Of a stretch of 64,000 bases of DNA, positions 46,680 through 58,480 are shown one piece after another. How positions within the stretch are numbered: the first letter of the stretch is position 1; each line of letters opens with the position of its first letter. The position numbers and the translations under genes are program-made. This stretch comes from Octopus sinensis. Taxonomy: Eukaryota. Below the pieces are notes generated by a model that was not told the origin of the DNA, did not search any database, and saw only the letters and a list, made by a program, of their open reading frames with translations. The stretch lies in the NCBI RefSeq assembly GCF_006345805.1, contig NC_043022.1, forward strand, positions 2,790,001-2,854,000, in the 5' to 3' direction.

Positions 46680-49600
46680 GGTGACAGTCCCACCTGATTG
46701 GCACGTAAAAAGCACCATTCGAGTGTGGTTGATGCCAGTGCCACCTGACTGGCTCTTGTGTCAGTGGCATGTAAAAAGCACCATTCGAGTGTGGTTGATG
46801 CCAGTGCCACCTGACTGGCTCTTGTGCCAGTGGCATGTAAAAAGCACCATTCGAGTGTGGTTGATGCCAGTGCCACCTGACTGGCTCTTGTGCCAGTGGC
46901 ATGTAAAAAGCACCATTCGAGTGTGGTTGATGCCAGTGCCACCTGACTGGCTCTTGTGCCAGTGGCATGTAAAAAGCACCATTCGAGTGTGGTTGATGCC
47001 AGTGCCACCTGACTGGCTCTTGTGCCAGTGGCATGTAAAAAGCACCATTTGAGTGTGGTTGATGCCAGTACCACCTGACTGGCTCTTGTGTCAGTGGCAT
47101 GTAGAAAGCACCATTTGAGTGTGGTTGATGCCAGTGCCACCTGACTGGCTCTTGTGCCAGTGGCATGTAAAAAGCACCATTTGAGTGTGGTTGATGCCAG
47201 TGCCACCTGACTGGCTCTTGTGCCAGTGGCATGTAAAAAGCACCATTCGAGTGTGGTTGATGCCAGTGCCACCTGACTGGCTCTTGTGTCAGTGGCATGT
47301 AAAAAGCACCATTCGAGTGTGGTTGATGCCAGTGCCACCTGACTGGCTCTTGTGTCAGTGGCATGTAAAAAGCACCATTCGAGTGTGGTTGATGCCAGTG
47401 CCACCTGACTGGCTCTTGTGTCAGTGGCATGTAAAAAGCACCATTCGAGTGTGGTCGATGCCAGTGCCACCTGACTGGCTCTTGTGTCAGTGGCATGTAA
47501 AAAGCACCATTCGAGTGTGGTCGATGCCAGTGCCACCTGACTGGCTCTTGTGTCAGTGGCATGTAAAAAGCACCATTCGAGTGTGGTTGATGCCAGTGCC
47601 ACCTGACTGGCTCTGTGTCAGTGGCATGTAAAAAGCACCATTCGAGTGTGGTTGATGCCAGTGCCACCTGACTGGCTCTTGTGTCAGTGGCATGTAAAAA
47701 GCACCATTCGAGTGTGGTTGATGCCAGTGCCACCTGACTGGCTCTTGTGTCAGTGGCATGTAAAAAGCACCATTCGAGTGTGGTTGATGCCAGTGCCACC
47801 TGACTGGCTCTTGTGTCAGTGGCATGTAAAAAGCACCATTCGAGTGTGGTTGATGCCAGTGCCACCTGACTGGCTCTTGTGTCAGTGGCATGTAAAAAGC
47901 ACCATTCGAGTGTGGTTGATGCCAGTGCCACCTGACTGGCTCTTGTGTCAGTGGCATGTAAAAAGCACCATTCGAGTGTGGTTGATGCCAGTGCCACCTG
48001 ACTGGCTCTTGTGTCAGTGGCATGTAAAAAGCACCATTCGAGTGTGGTTGATGCCAGTGCCACCTGACTGGCTCTTGTGCCAGTGGCATGTAAAAAGCAC
48101 CATTCGAGTGTGGTTGATGCCAGTGCCACCTGACTGGCTCTTGTGCCAGTGGCATGTAAAAAGCACCATTCGAGTGTGGTTGATGCCAGTGCCACCTGAC
48201 TGGCTCTTGTGCCAGTGGCATGTAAAAAGCACCATTCGAGTGTGGTTGATGCCAGTGCCACCTGACTGGCTCTTGTGTCAGTGGCATGTAAAAAGCACCA
48301 TTCGAGTGTGGTTGATGCCAGTGCCACCTGACTGGCTCTTGTGCCAGTGGCATGTAAAAAGCACCATTCGAGTGTGGTTGATGCCAGTGCCACCTGACTG
48401 GCTCTTGTGTCAGTGGCATGTAAAAAGCACCATTCGAGTGTGGTTGATGCCAGTGCCACCTGACTGGCTCTTGTGTCAGTGGCATGTAAAAAGCACCATT
48501 CGAGTGTGGTCGATGCCAGTGCCACCTGACTGGCTCTTGTGTCAGTGGCATGTAAAAAGCACCATTCGAGTGTGGTCGATGCCAGTGCCACCTGACTGGC
48601 TCTTGTGCCAGTGGCATGTAAAAAGCACCATTCGAGTGTGGTTGATGCCAGTGCCACCTGACTGGCTCTTGTGCCAGTGGCATGTAAAAAGCACCATTCG
48701 AGTGTGGTTGATGCCAGTGCCACCTGACTGGCTCTTGTGTCAGTGGCATGTAAAAAGCACCATTCGAGTGTGGTTGATGCCAGTGCCACCTGACTGGCTC
48801 TTGTGTCAGTGGCATGTAAAAAGCACCATTCGAGTGTGGTTGATGCCAGTGCCACCTGACTGGCTCTTGTGTCAGTGGCATGTAAAAAGCACCATTCGAG
48901 TGTGGTGATGCCAGTGCCACCTGACTGGCTCTTGTGCCAGTGGCATGTAAAAAGCACCATTCGAGTGTGGTCGATGCCAGTGCCACCTGACTGGCTCTTG
49001 TGCCAGTGGCATGTAAAAAGCACCATTCGAGTGTGGTCGATGCCAGTGCCACCTGACTGGCTCTTGTGCCAGTGGCATGTAAAAAGCACCATTCGAGTGT
49101 GGTTGATGCCAGTGCCACCTGACTGGCTCTTGTGTCAGTGGCATGTAAAAAGCACCATTCGAGTGTGGTTGATGCCAGTGCCACCTGACTGGCTCTTGTG
49201 CCAGTGGCATGTAAAAAGCACCATTCGAGTGTGGTTGATGCCAGTGCCACCTGACTGGCTCTTGTGTCAGTGGCATGTAAAAAGCACCATTCGAGTGTGG
49301 TTGATGCCAGTGCCACCTGACTGGCTCTTGTGTCAGTGGCATGTAAAAAGCACCATTCGAGTGTGGTTGATGCCAGTGCCACCTGACTGGCTCTTGTGTC
49401 AGTGGCATGTAAAAAGCACCATTCGAGTGTGGTTGATGCCAGTGCCACCTGACTGGCTCTTGTGTCAGTGGCATGTAAAAAGCACCATTCGAGTGTGGTT
49501 GATGCCAGTGCCACCTGACTGGCTCTTGTGTCAGTGGCATGTAAAAAGCACCATTCGAGTGTGGTTGATGCCAGTGCCACCTGACTGGCTCTTGTGTCAG

Positions 49601-52600
49601 TGGCATGTAAAAAGCACCATTCGAGTGTGGTTGATGCCAGTGCCACCTGACTGGCTCTTGTGTCAGTGGCATGTAAAAAGCACCATTCGAGTGTGGTTGA
49701 TGCCAGTGCCACCTGACTGGCTCTTGTGTCAGTGGCATGTAAAAAGCACCATTCGAGTGTGGTCGATGCCAGTGCCACCTGACTGGCTCTTGTGTCAGTG
49801 GCATGTAAAAAGCACCATTCGAGTGTGGTCGATGCCAGTGCCACCTGACTGGCTCTTGTGTCAGTGGCATGTAAAAAGCACCATTCGAGTGTGGTCGATG
49901 CCAGTGCCACCTGACTGGCTCTTGTGTCAGTGGCATGTAAAAAGCACCATTCGAGTGTGGTCGATGCCAGTGCCACCTGACTGGCTCTTGTGTCAGTGGC
50001 ATGTAAAAAGCACCATTCGAGTGTGGTCGATGCCAGTGCCACCTGACTGGCTCTTGTGTCAGTGGCATGTAAAAAGCACCATTCGAGTGTGGTCGATGCC
50101 AGTGCCACCTGACTGGCTCTTGTGTCAGTGGCATGTAAAAAGCACCATTCGAGTGTGGTCGATGCCAGTGCCACCTGACTGGCTCTTGTCTCAGTGGCAT
50201 GTAAAAAGCACCATTCGAGTGTGGTCGATGCCAGTGCCACCTGACTGGCTCTTGTGTCAGTGGCATGTAAAAAGCACCATTCGAGTGTGGTCGATGCCAG
50301 TGCCACCTGACTGGCTCTTGTGTCAGTGGCATGTAAAAAGCACCATTCGAGTGTGGTTGATGCCAGTGCCACCTGACTGGCTCTTGTGTCAGTGGCATGT
50401 AAAAAGCACCATTCGAGTGTGGTCGATGCCAGTGCCACCTGACTGGCTCTTGTGTCAGTGGCATGTAAAAAGCACCATTCGAGTGTGGTCGATGCCAGTG
50501 CCACCTGACTGGCTCTTGTGTCAGTGGCATGTAAAAAGCACCATTCGAGTGTGGTTGATGCCAGTGCCACCTGACTGGCTCTTGTGTCAGTGGCATGTAA
50601 AAAGCACCATTCGAGTGTGGTTGATGCCAGTGCCACCTGACTGGCTCTTGTGTCAGTGGCATGTAAAAAGCACCATTCGAGTGTGGTTGATGCCAGTGCC
50701 ACCTGACTGGCTCTTGTGTCAGTGGCATGTAAAAAGCACCATTCGAGTGTGGTTGATGCCAGTGCCACCTGACTGGCTCTTGTGTCAGTGGCATGTAAAA
50801 AGCACCATTCGAGTGTGGTCGATGCCAGTGCCACCTGACTGGCTCTTGTGTCAGTGGCATGTAAAAAGCACCATTCGAGTGTGGTCGATGCCAGTGCCAC
50901 CTGACTGGCTCTTGTGTCAGTGGCATGTAAAAAGCACCATTCGAGTGTGGTTGATGCCAGTGCCACCTGACTGGCTCTTGTGCCAGTGGCATGTAAAAAG
51001 CACCATTCGAGTGTGGTTGATGCCAGTGCCACCTGACTGGCTCTTGTGTCAGTGGCATGTAAAAAGCACCATTCAAGTGTGGTCGATGCCAGTGCCACCT
51101 GACTGGCTCTTGTGTCAGTGGCATGTAAAAAGCACCATTTGAGTGTGGTTGATGCCAGTGCCACCTGACTGGCTCTTGTGTCAGTGGCATGTAAAAAGCA
51201 CCATTTGAGTGTGGTTGATGCCAGTGCCACCTGACTGGCTCTCGTGTCAGTGGCATGTAAAAAGCACCATTCGAGTGTGGTTGATGCCAGTGCCACCTGA
51301 CTGGCTCTTGTGTCAGTGGCATGTAAAAAGCACCATTCGAGTGTGGTTGATGCCAGTGCCACCTGACTGGCTCTTGTGTCAGTGGCATGTAAAAAGCACC
51401 ATTCGAGTGTGGTCGATGCCAGTGCCACCTGACTGGCTCTTGTGCCAGTGGCATGTAAAAAGCACCATTCGAGTGTGGTTGATGCCAGTGCCACCTGACT
51501 GGCTCTTTTGTCAGTGGCATGTAAAAAGCACCATTCGAGTGTGGTTGATGCCAGTGCCACCTGACTGGCTCTTGTGCCAGTGGCATGTAAAAAGCACCAT
51601 TCGAGTGTGGTTGATGCCAGTGCCACCTGACTGGCTCTTGTGTCAGTGGCATGTAAAAAGCACCATTCGAGTGTGGTTGATGCCAGTGCCACCTGACTGG
51701 CTCTTGTGCCAGTGGCATGTAAAAAGCACCATTCGAGTGTGGTTGATGCCAGTGCCACCTGACTGGCTCTTGTGCCAGTGGCATGTAAAAAGCACCATTC
51801 GAGTGTGGTTGATGCCAGTGCCACCTGACTGGCTCTTGTGTCAGTGGCATGTAAAAAGCACCATTCGAGTGTGGTTGATGCCAGTGCCACCTGACTGGCT
51901 CTCATGCCAGTGGCATGTAAAAAGCACCATTCGAGTGTGGTCGATGCCAGTGCTGCATGACTGGCTCTTGTGTCAGTGGCATGTAAAAAGCTCCATTCGA
52001 GTGTGGTTGATGCCAGTGCCACCTGACTGGCTCTTGTGCCAGTGGCATGTAAAAAGCACCATTCGAGTGTGGTTGATGCCAGTGCCACCTGACTGGCTCT
52101 TGTGCCAGTGGCATGTAAAAAGCATCATTTGAGTGTGGTTGATGCCAGTGCCACCTGACTGGCTCTTGTGTCAGTGGCATGTAAAAAGCACCATTTGAGT
52201 GTGGTTGATGCCAGTGCCACCTGACTGGCTCTTGTGTCAGTGGCATGTAAAAAGCATCATTTGAGTGTGGTTGATGCCAGTGCCACCTGACTGGCTCTCG
52301 TGTCAGTGGCATGTAAAAAGCACCATTTGAGTGTGGTTGATGCCAGTGCCACCTGACTGGCTCTTGTGTCAGTGGCATGTAAAAAGCACCATTCGAGTGT
52401 GGTTGATGCCAGTGCCACCTGACTGGCTCTTGTGTCAGTGGCATGTAAAAAGCACCATTTGAGTGTGGTTGATGCCAGTGCCACCTGACTGGCTCTTGTG
52501 TCAGTGGCATGTAAAAAGCACCATTCGAGTGTGGTTGATGCCAGTGCCACCTGACTGGCTCTCGTGCCAGTGGCATGTAAAAAGCACCATTCGAGCGTGG

Positions 52601-55600
52601 TTGATGCCAGTGCCACCTGACTGGCTCTCGTGTCAGTGGCATGTAAAAAGCACCATTTGAGTGTGGTTGGTGCCAGTGCCACCTGACTGGCTCTCATGCC
52701 AGTGGCATGTAAAAAGCAGCCATTCGAGTGTGGTTGATGCCAGTGCCACCTGACTGGCTCTCATGCCAGTGGCATGTAAAAAGCACCATTCGAGTGTGGT
52801 TGATGCCAGTGCCACCTGACTGGCTCTTGTGTCAGTGGCATGTAAAAAGCACCATTTGAGTGTGGTTGATGCCAGTGCCACCTGACTGGCTCTTGTGTCA
52901 GTGGCATGTAAAAAGCAACCATTCGTGTGTGGTTGATGCCAGTGCCACCTGACTGGCTCTTGTGCCAGTGGCATGTAAAAAGCACCATTCGAGTGTGGTT
53001 GATGCCAGTGCCACCTGACTGGCTCTTGTGTCAGTGGCATGTAAAAAGCACCATTCGAGTGTGGTCGATGCCAGTGCCACCTGACTGGCTCTTGTGTCAG
53101 TGGCATGTAAAAGCACCATTCGAGTGTGGTTGATGCCAGTGCCACCTGACTGGCTCTTGTGTCAGTGGCATGTAAAAAGCACCATTCGAGTGTGGTTGAT
53201 GCCAGTGCCACCTGACTGGCTCTTGTGTCAGTGGCATGTAAAAAGCACCATTTGAGTGTGGTTGATGCCAGTGCCACCTGACTGGCTCTTGTGTCAGTGG
53301 CATGTAAAAAGCACCATTCGAGTGTGGTTGATGCCAGTGCCACCTGACTGGCTCTTGTGTCAGTGGCATGTAAAAAGCACCATTCGAGTGTGGTTGATGC
53401 CAGTGCCACCTGACTGGCTCTTGTGTCAGTGGCATGTAAAAAGCACCATTCGAGTGTGGTCGATGCCAGTGCCACCTGACTGGCTCTTGTGTCAGTGGCA
53501 TGTAAAAAGCACCATTCGAGTGTGGTCGATGCCAGTGCCACCTGACTGGCTCTTGTGTCAGTGGCATGTAAAAAGCACCATTCGAGTGTGGTTGATGCCA
53601 GTGCCACCTGACTGGCTCTTGTGCCAGTGGCATGTAAAAAGCACCATTCGAGTGTGGTTGATGCCAGTGCCACCTGACTGGCTCTTGTGTCAGTGGCATG
53701 TAAAAAGCACCATTCGAGTGTGGTCGATGCCAGTGCCACCTGACTGGCTCTTGTGTCAGTGGCATGTAAAAAGCACCATTTGAGTGTGGTTGATGCCAGT
53801 GCCACCTGACTGGCTCTTGTGTCAGTGGCATGTAAAAAGCACCATTTGAGTGTGGTTGATGCCAGTGCCACCTGACTGGCTCTCGTGTCAGTGGCATGTA
53901 AAAAGCACCATTCGAGTGTGGTTGATGCCAGTGCCACCTGACTGGCTCTTGTGTCAGTGGCATGTAAAAAGCACCATTCGAGTGTGGTTGATGCCAGTGC
54001 CACCTGACTGGCTCTTGTGTCAGTGGCATGTAAAAAGCACCATTCGAGTGTGGTCGATGCCAGTGCCACCTGACTGGCTCTTGTGCCAGTGGCATGTAAA
54101 AAGCACCATTCGAGTGTGGTTGATGCCAGTGCCACCTGACTGGCTCTTTTGTCAGTGGCATGTAAAAAGCACCATTCGAGTGTGGTTGATGCCAGTGCCA
54201 CCTGACTGGCTCTTGTGCCAGTGGCATGTAAAAAGCACCATTCGAGTGTGGTTGATGCCAGTGCCACCTGACTGGCTCTTGTGTCAGTGGCATGTAAAAA
54301 GCACCATTCGAGTGTGGTTGATGCCAGTGCCACCTGACTGGCTCTTGTGCCAGTGGCATGTAAAAAGCACCATTCGAGTGTGGTTGATGCCAGTGCCACC
54401 TGACTGGCTCTTGTGCCAGTGGCATGTAAAAAGCACCATTCGAGTGTGGTTGATGCCAGTGCCACCTGACTGGCTCTTGTGTCAGTGGCATGTAAAAAGC
54501 ACCATTCGAGTGTGGTTGATGCCAGTGCCACCTGACTGGCTCTCATGCCAGTGGCATGTAAAAAGCACCATTCGAGTGTGGTCGATGCCAGTGCTGCATG
54601 ACTGGCTCTTGTGTCAGTGGCATGTAAAAAGCTCCATTCGAGTGTGGTTGATGCCAGTGCCACCTGACTGGCTCTTGTGCCAGTGGCATGTAAAAAGCAC
54701 CATTCGAGTGTGGTTGATGCCAGTGCCACCTGACTGGCTCTTGTGCCAGTGGCATGTAAAAAGCATCATTTGAGTGTGGTTGATGCCAGTGCCACCTGAC
54801 TGGCTCTTGTGTCAGTGGCATGTAAAAAGCACCATTTGAGTGTGGTTGATGCCAGTGCCACCTGACTGGCTCTTGTGTCAGTGGCATGTAAAAAGCATCA
54901 TTTGAGTGTGGTTGATGCCAGTGCCACCTGACTGGCTCTCGTGTCAGTGGCATGTAAAAAGCACCATTTGAGTGTGGTTGATGCCAGTGCCACCTGACTG
55001 GCTCTTGTGTCAGTGGCATGTAAAAAGCACCATTCGAGTGTGGTTGATGCCAGTGCCACCTGACTGGCTCTTGTGTCAGTGGCATGTAAAAAGCACCATT
55101 TGAGTGTGGTTGATGCCAGTGCCACCTGACTGGCTCTTGTGTCAGTGGCATGTAAAAAGCACCATTCGAGTGTGGTTGATGCCAGTGCCACCTGACTGGC
55201 TCTCGTGCCAGTGGCATGTAAAAAGCACCATTCGAGCGTGGTTGATGCCAGTGCCACCTGACTGGCTCTCGTGTCAGTGGCATGTAAAAAGCACCATTTG
55301 AGTGTGGTTGATGCCAGTGCCACCTGACTGGCTCTCATGCCAGTGGCATGTAAAAAGCAGCCATTCGAGTGTGGTTGATGCCAGTGCCACCTGACTGGCT
55401 CTCATGCCAGTGGCATGTAAAAAGCACCATTCGAGTGTGGTTGATGCCAGTGCCACCTGACTGGCTCTTGTGTCAGTGGCATGTAAAAAGCACCATTCGA
55501 GTGTGGTTGATGCCAGTGCCACCTGACTGGCTCTTGTGCCAATGGCATGTAAAAAGCATCATTTGAGTGTGGTCGATGCCAGTGCCACCTGACTGGCTCT

Positions 55601-57026
55601 TGTGCCAGTGGCATGTAAAAAGCATCATTCGAGTGTGGTTGATGCCAGTGCCACCTGACTGGCTCTTGTGCCAGTGGCATGTAAAAAGCATCATTTGAGT
55701 GTGGTTGATGCCAGTGCCACCTGACTGGCTCTTGTGTCAGTGGCATGTAAAAAGCATCATTTGAGTGTGGTTGATGCCAGTGCCACCTGACTGGCTCTTG
55801 TGTCAGTGGCATGTAAAAAGCACCATTCGAGTGTGGTTGATGCCAGTGCCACCTGACTGGCTCTTGTGTCAGTGGCATGTAAAAAGCATCATTTGAGTGT
55901 GGTTGATGCCAGTGCCACCTGACTGGCTCTCGTGCCAGTGGCATGTAAAAAGCACCATTCGAGTGTGGTTGATGCCAGTGCCACCTGACTGGCTCTTGTG
56001 TCAGTGGCATGTAAAAAGCACCATTTGAGTGTGGTTGATGCCAGTGCCACCTGACTGGCTCTCGTGCCAGTGGCATGTAAAAAGCACCATTCGAGTGTGG
56101 TTGATGCCAGTGCCACCTGACTGGCTCTTGTGTCAGTGGCATGTAAAAAGCACCATTCGAGTGTGGTTGATGCCAGTGCCACCTGACTGGCTCTTGTGTC
56201 AGTGGCATGTAAAAAGCACCATTCGAGTGTGGTTGATGCCAGTGCCACCTGACTGGCTCTTGTGCCAGTGGCATGTAAAAAGCACCATTCGAGTGTGGTT
56301 GATGCCAGTGCCACCTGACTGGCTCTTGTGCCAGTGGCATGTAAAAAGCACCATTCGAGTGTGGTTGATGCCAGTGCCACCTGACTGGCTCTTGTGTCAG
56401 TGGCATGTAAAAAGCACCATTCGAGTGTGGTTGATGCCAGTGCCACCTGACTGGCTCTTGTGTCAGTGGCATGTAAAAAGCACCATTCGAGTGTGGTTGA
56501 TGCCAGTGCCACCTGACTGGCTCTTGTGTCAGTGGCATGTAAAAAGCACCATTCGAGTGTGGTTGATGCCAGTGCCACCTGACTGGCTCTTGTGTCAGTG
56601 GCATGTAAAAAGCACCATTCGAGTGTGGTTGATGCCAGTGCCACCTGACTGGCTCTTGTGTCAGTGGCATGTAAAAAGCACCATTCGAGTGTGGTTGATG
56701 CCAGTGCCACCTGACTGGCTCTTGTGTCAGTGGCATGTAAAAAGCACCATTCGAGTGTGGTTGATGCCAGTGCCACCTGACCGGCTCTCATGCCAGTGGC
56801 ATGTAAAAAGCACTAGTCAAGCATGGCCAATGCCAGTACCGCCTGACTGGCATGTAAAAAGCACCCATACACTCTCGGAGTGGTTGGCGTTAGGAAGAGC
56901 ATCCAGCTATAGAAACCTTGTCAAATCAGATTGGAGCCTGGTGTGGACTTTTGGTTCGCCAGTCCTCAGTCAAACCATCCAACCCATGCTTGCATGGAAA
57001 GCAGACGTTAAACGATGATGATGATG
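46680..57026 (+). mobile_element. RTE-LINE 3'UTR copy hosting the 66-bp array
   Basis: The array is preceded by CCACCTGATTGGCACGTAAAAAGCACC. It is followed by the family's standard tail (GGAGTGGTTGGCGTTAGGAAGAGCATCCAG...GACGTTAAAC(GAT)n). Confidence 0.85.
46700..56797 (+). repeat. Satellite array, 153 copies of a 66-bp unit derived from an RTE-LINE 3'UTR module
   Basis: Consensus GGCATGTAAAAAGCACCATTCGAGTGTGGTTGATGCCAGTGCCACCTGACTGGCTCTTGTGTCAGT. The array is 10098 bp = 153 x 66 (six 1-bp indels that cancel out). The 22-aa periodicity in the ORF track confirms the unit length. Confidence 0.97.
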
Positions 57027-57277
57027 CTTTGGGACCAAGGTTTGGAAAAACCCTATTTTATTGTTCTTGGAAGCACAGGCATCGTAAGCCTGGGGAATAG
57101 AGGGTGCAGGTGGTGCAAGCGCACCCCCTAGAATTTGTGTAGGGCTATGAAAATGCTTTGAAAAACTTAGTCACCAAAACGAATGTGTAGAAACATTTTT
57201 AGATTGATTTGAAGTCTTCCAATTATTGGATTTCTCTGCTTTGATTATCAATGTACAAATATGATAATTATTATGAT

Positions 57278-57667
57278 AGGCGCAGGAGTGGCTGTGTGGT
57301 AAGTAGCTTGCTAACCAACCACATGGTTCCGGGTTCAGTCCCACTGCGTGGCATCTTGGGCAAGTGTCTTCTGCTATAGCCCCGGGCCGACCAATGCCTT
57401 GTGAGTGGATTTGGTAGACGGAAACTGAAAGAAGCCTGTCGTATATATGTATGTATATATATATATGTGTCTGTGTTTGTCCCCCTAGCATTGCTTGACA
57501 ACCAATGCTGGTGTGTTTACGTCCCGTCACTTAGCGGTTCGGCAAAAGCAACCGATAGAATAAGTACTGGGCTAACAAAGAGTAAGTCTTGGGGTCGATT
57601 TGCTCGACTAAAGGCGGTGCTCCAGCATGGCCACAGTCAAATGACTGAAACAAGTAAAAGAGTAAAA
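57278..57667 (+). mobile_element. CORE-type SINE, full length
   Basis: Same family. Confidence 0.85.
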
Positions 57668-57799
57668 GGAGTGGTGTGCTGGCAGCATCGTTAGCACGCC
57701 GGACAGAATGTTTAGCGGTATTTCACCTGTCACTAAGTTCTGAGTTCAAATTCCACCAAGGTTGGCTTTACCTTTCATCCTTTCGGGGTTGATAAATTA

Positions 57800-58480
57800 G
57801 TGTCCAATGAAGGAAAGGCACGCATAAGTAGACGGGTTTACACCCCTGGCATAAGCCACAAGGTTATGGACTCACTTGTGCTTGCCGAGTCTTCTCAAGC
57901 ACAGCATATTTCTAGAGGTCCCGGTCACTAGTCATTGCCTCGGTGAGGCACAGTGTTTGAAGGTCATGCTTCACCACTTCATCTCAGGTCTACCTCTTCC
58001 ACAGGTTCCCTCAACCGCTAGGGTATGGCACTTTTTCACACAGCTATCCACATCCATTCTCGCCACATGACCATACCAGCGCAGTCGTCTCTCTTGCACT
58101 CCACATCTGATGCTTCTTAGGTCCAACCTTTCTCTCAAGGCACTAACACTGTCGAGTATGCACACTGACATTACACATCCATCAGATCATACTGGCTTCA
58201 TTCCTTGCGAGCTTACGCATGTCCTCAGCAGTCACAGCCCATGTTTCACTGCCATGTAGCATGGCTGTTCATACACATGCGTCATACAGTCTACCTTTTA
58301 CTCTGACTGAGAGGCCCTTTGTCACCAGCAGAAGCGGTAAAAGCTCTCTGAACTTAGCCCAGGCCATTCTTATTCTAGCAGCTACACTTTCAGTGCACCC
58401 TCCACTGCTACTGACTTGGTCACCTAGGTAACGGAAGCTATCAACTTCTAGTTTTTCTCCCTGGAATGTGGCAGAAGTTG
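57800..58480 (-). mobile_element. Degenerate RTE-clade LINE fragment (RT C-terminus)
   Basis: ORF track: EKLEVDSFRYLGDQVSSSGGCTESVAARIRMAWAKFRELL...VKGRLYDACV and RRLRWYGHVARM...GTCGRGRP; frameshifted. Confidence 0.88.

Noticed and set aside
46700-56797. CRISPR-like array (regular, hairpin-forming repeats)
   Set aside because: The units are contiguous with no unique spacers, no cas genes are present, the context is eukaryotic, and the unit derives from a LINE 3'UTR.
46648-57018. Very long ORFs (814, 1511, 992, 757, 698 aa etc.) on both strands
   Set aside because: They are products of a 66-bp (3n) repeat lacking stops in several frames. Overlapping frames on both strands are open, 1-bp indels switch frame freely, and there is no unique domain or splice context.
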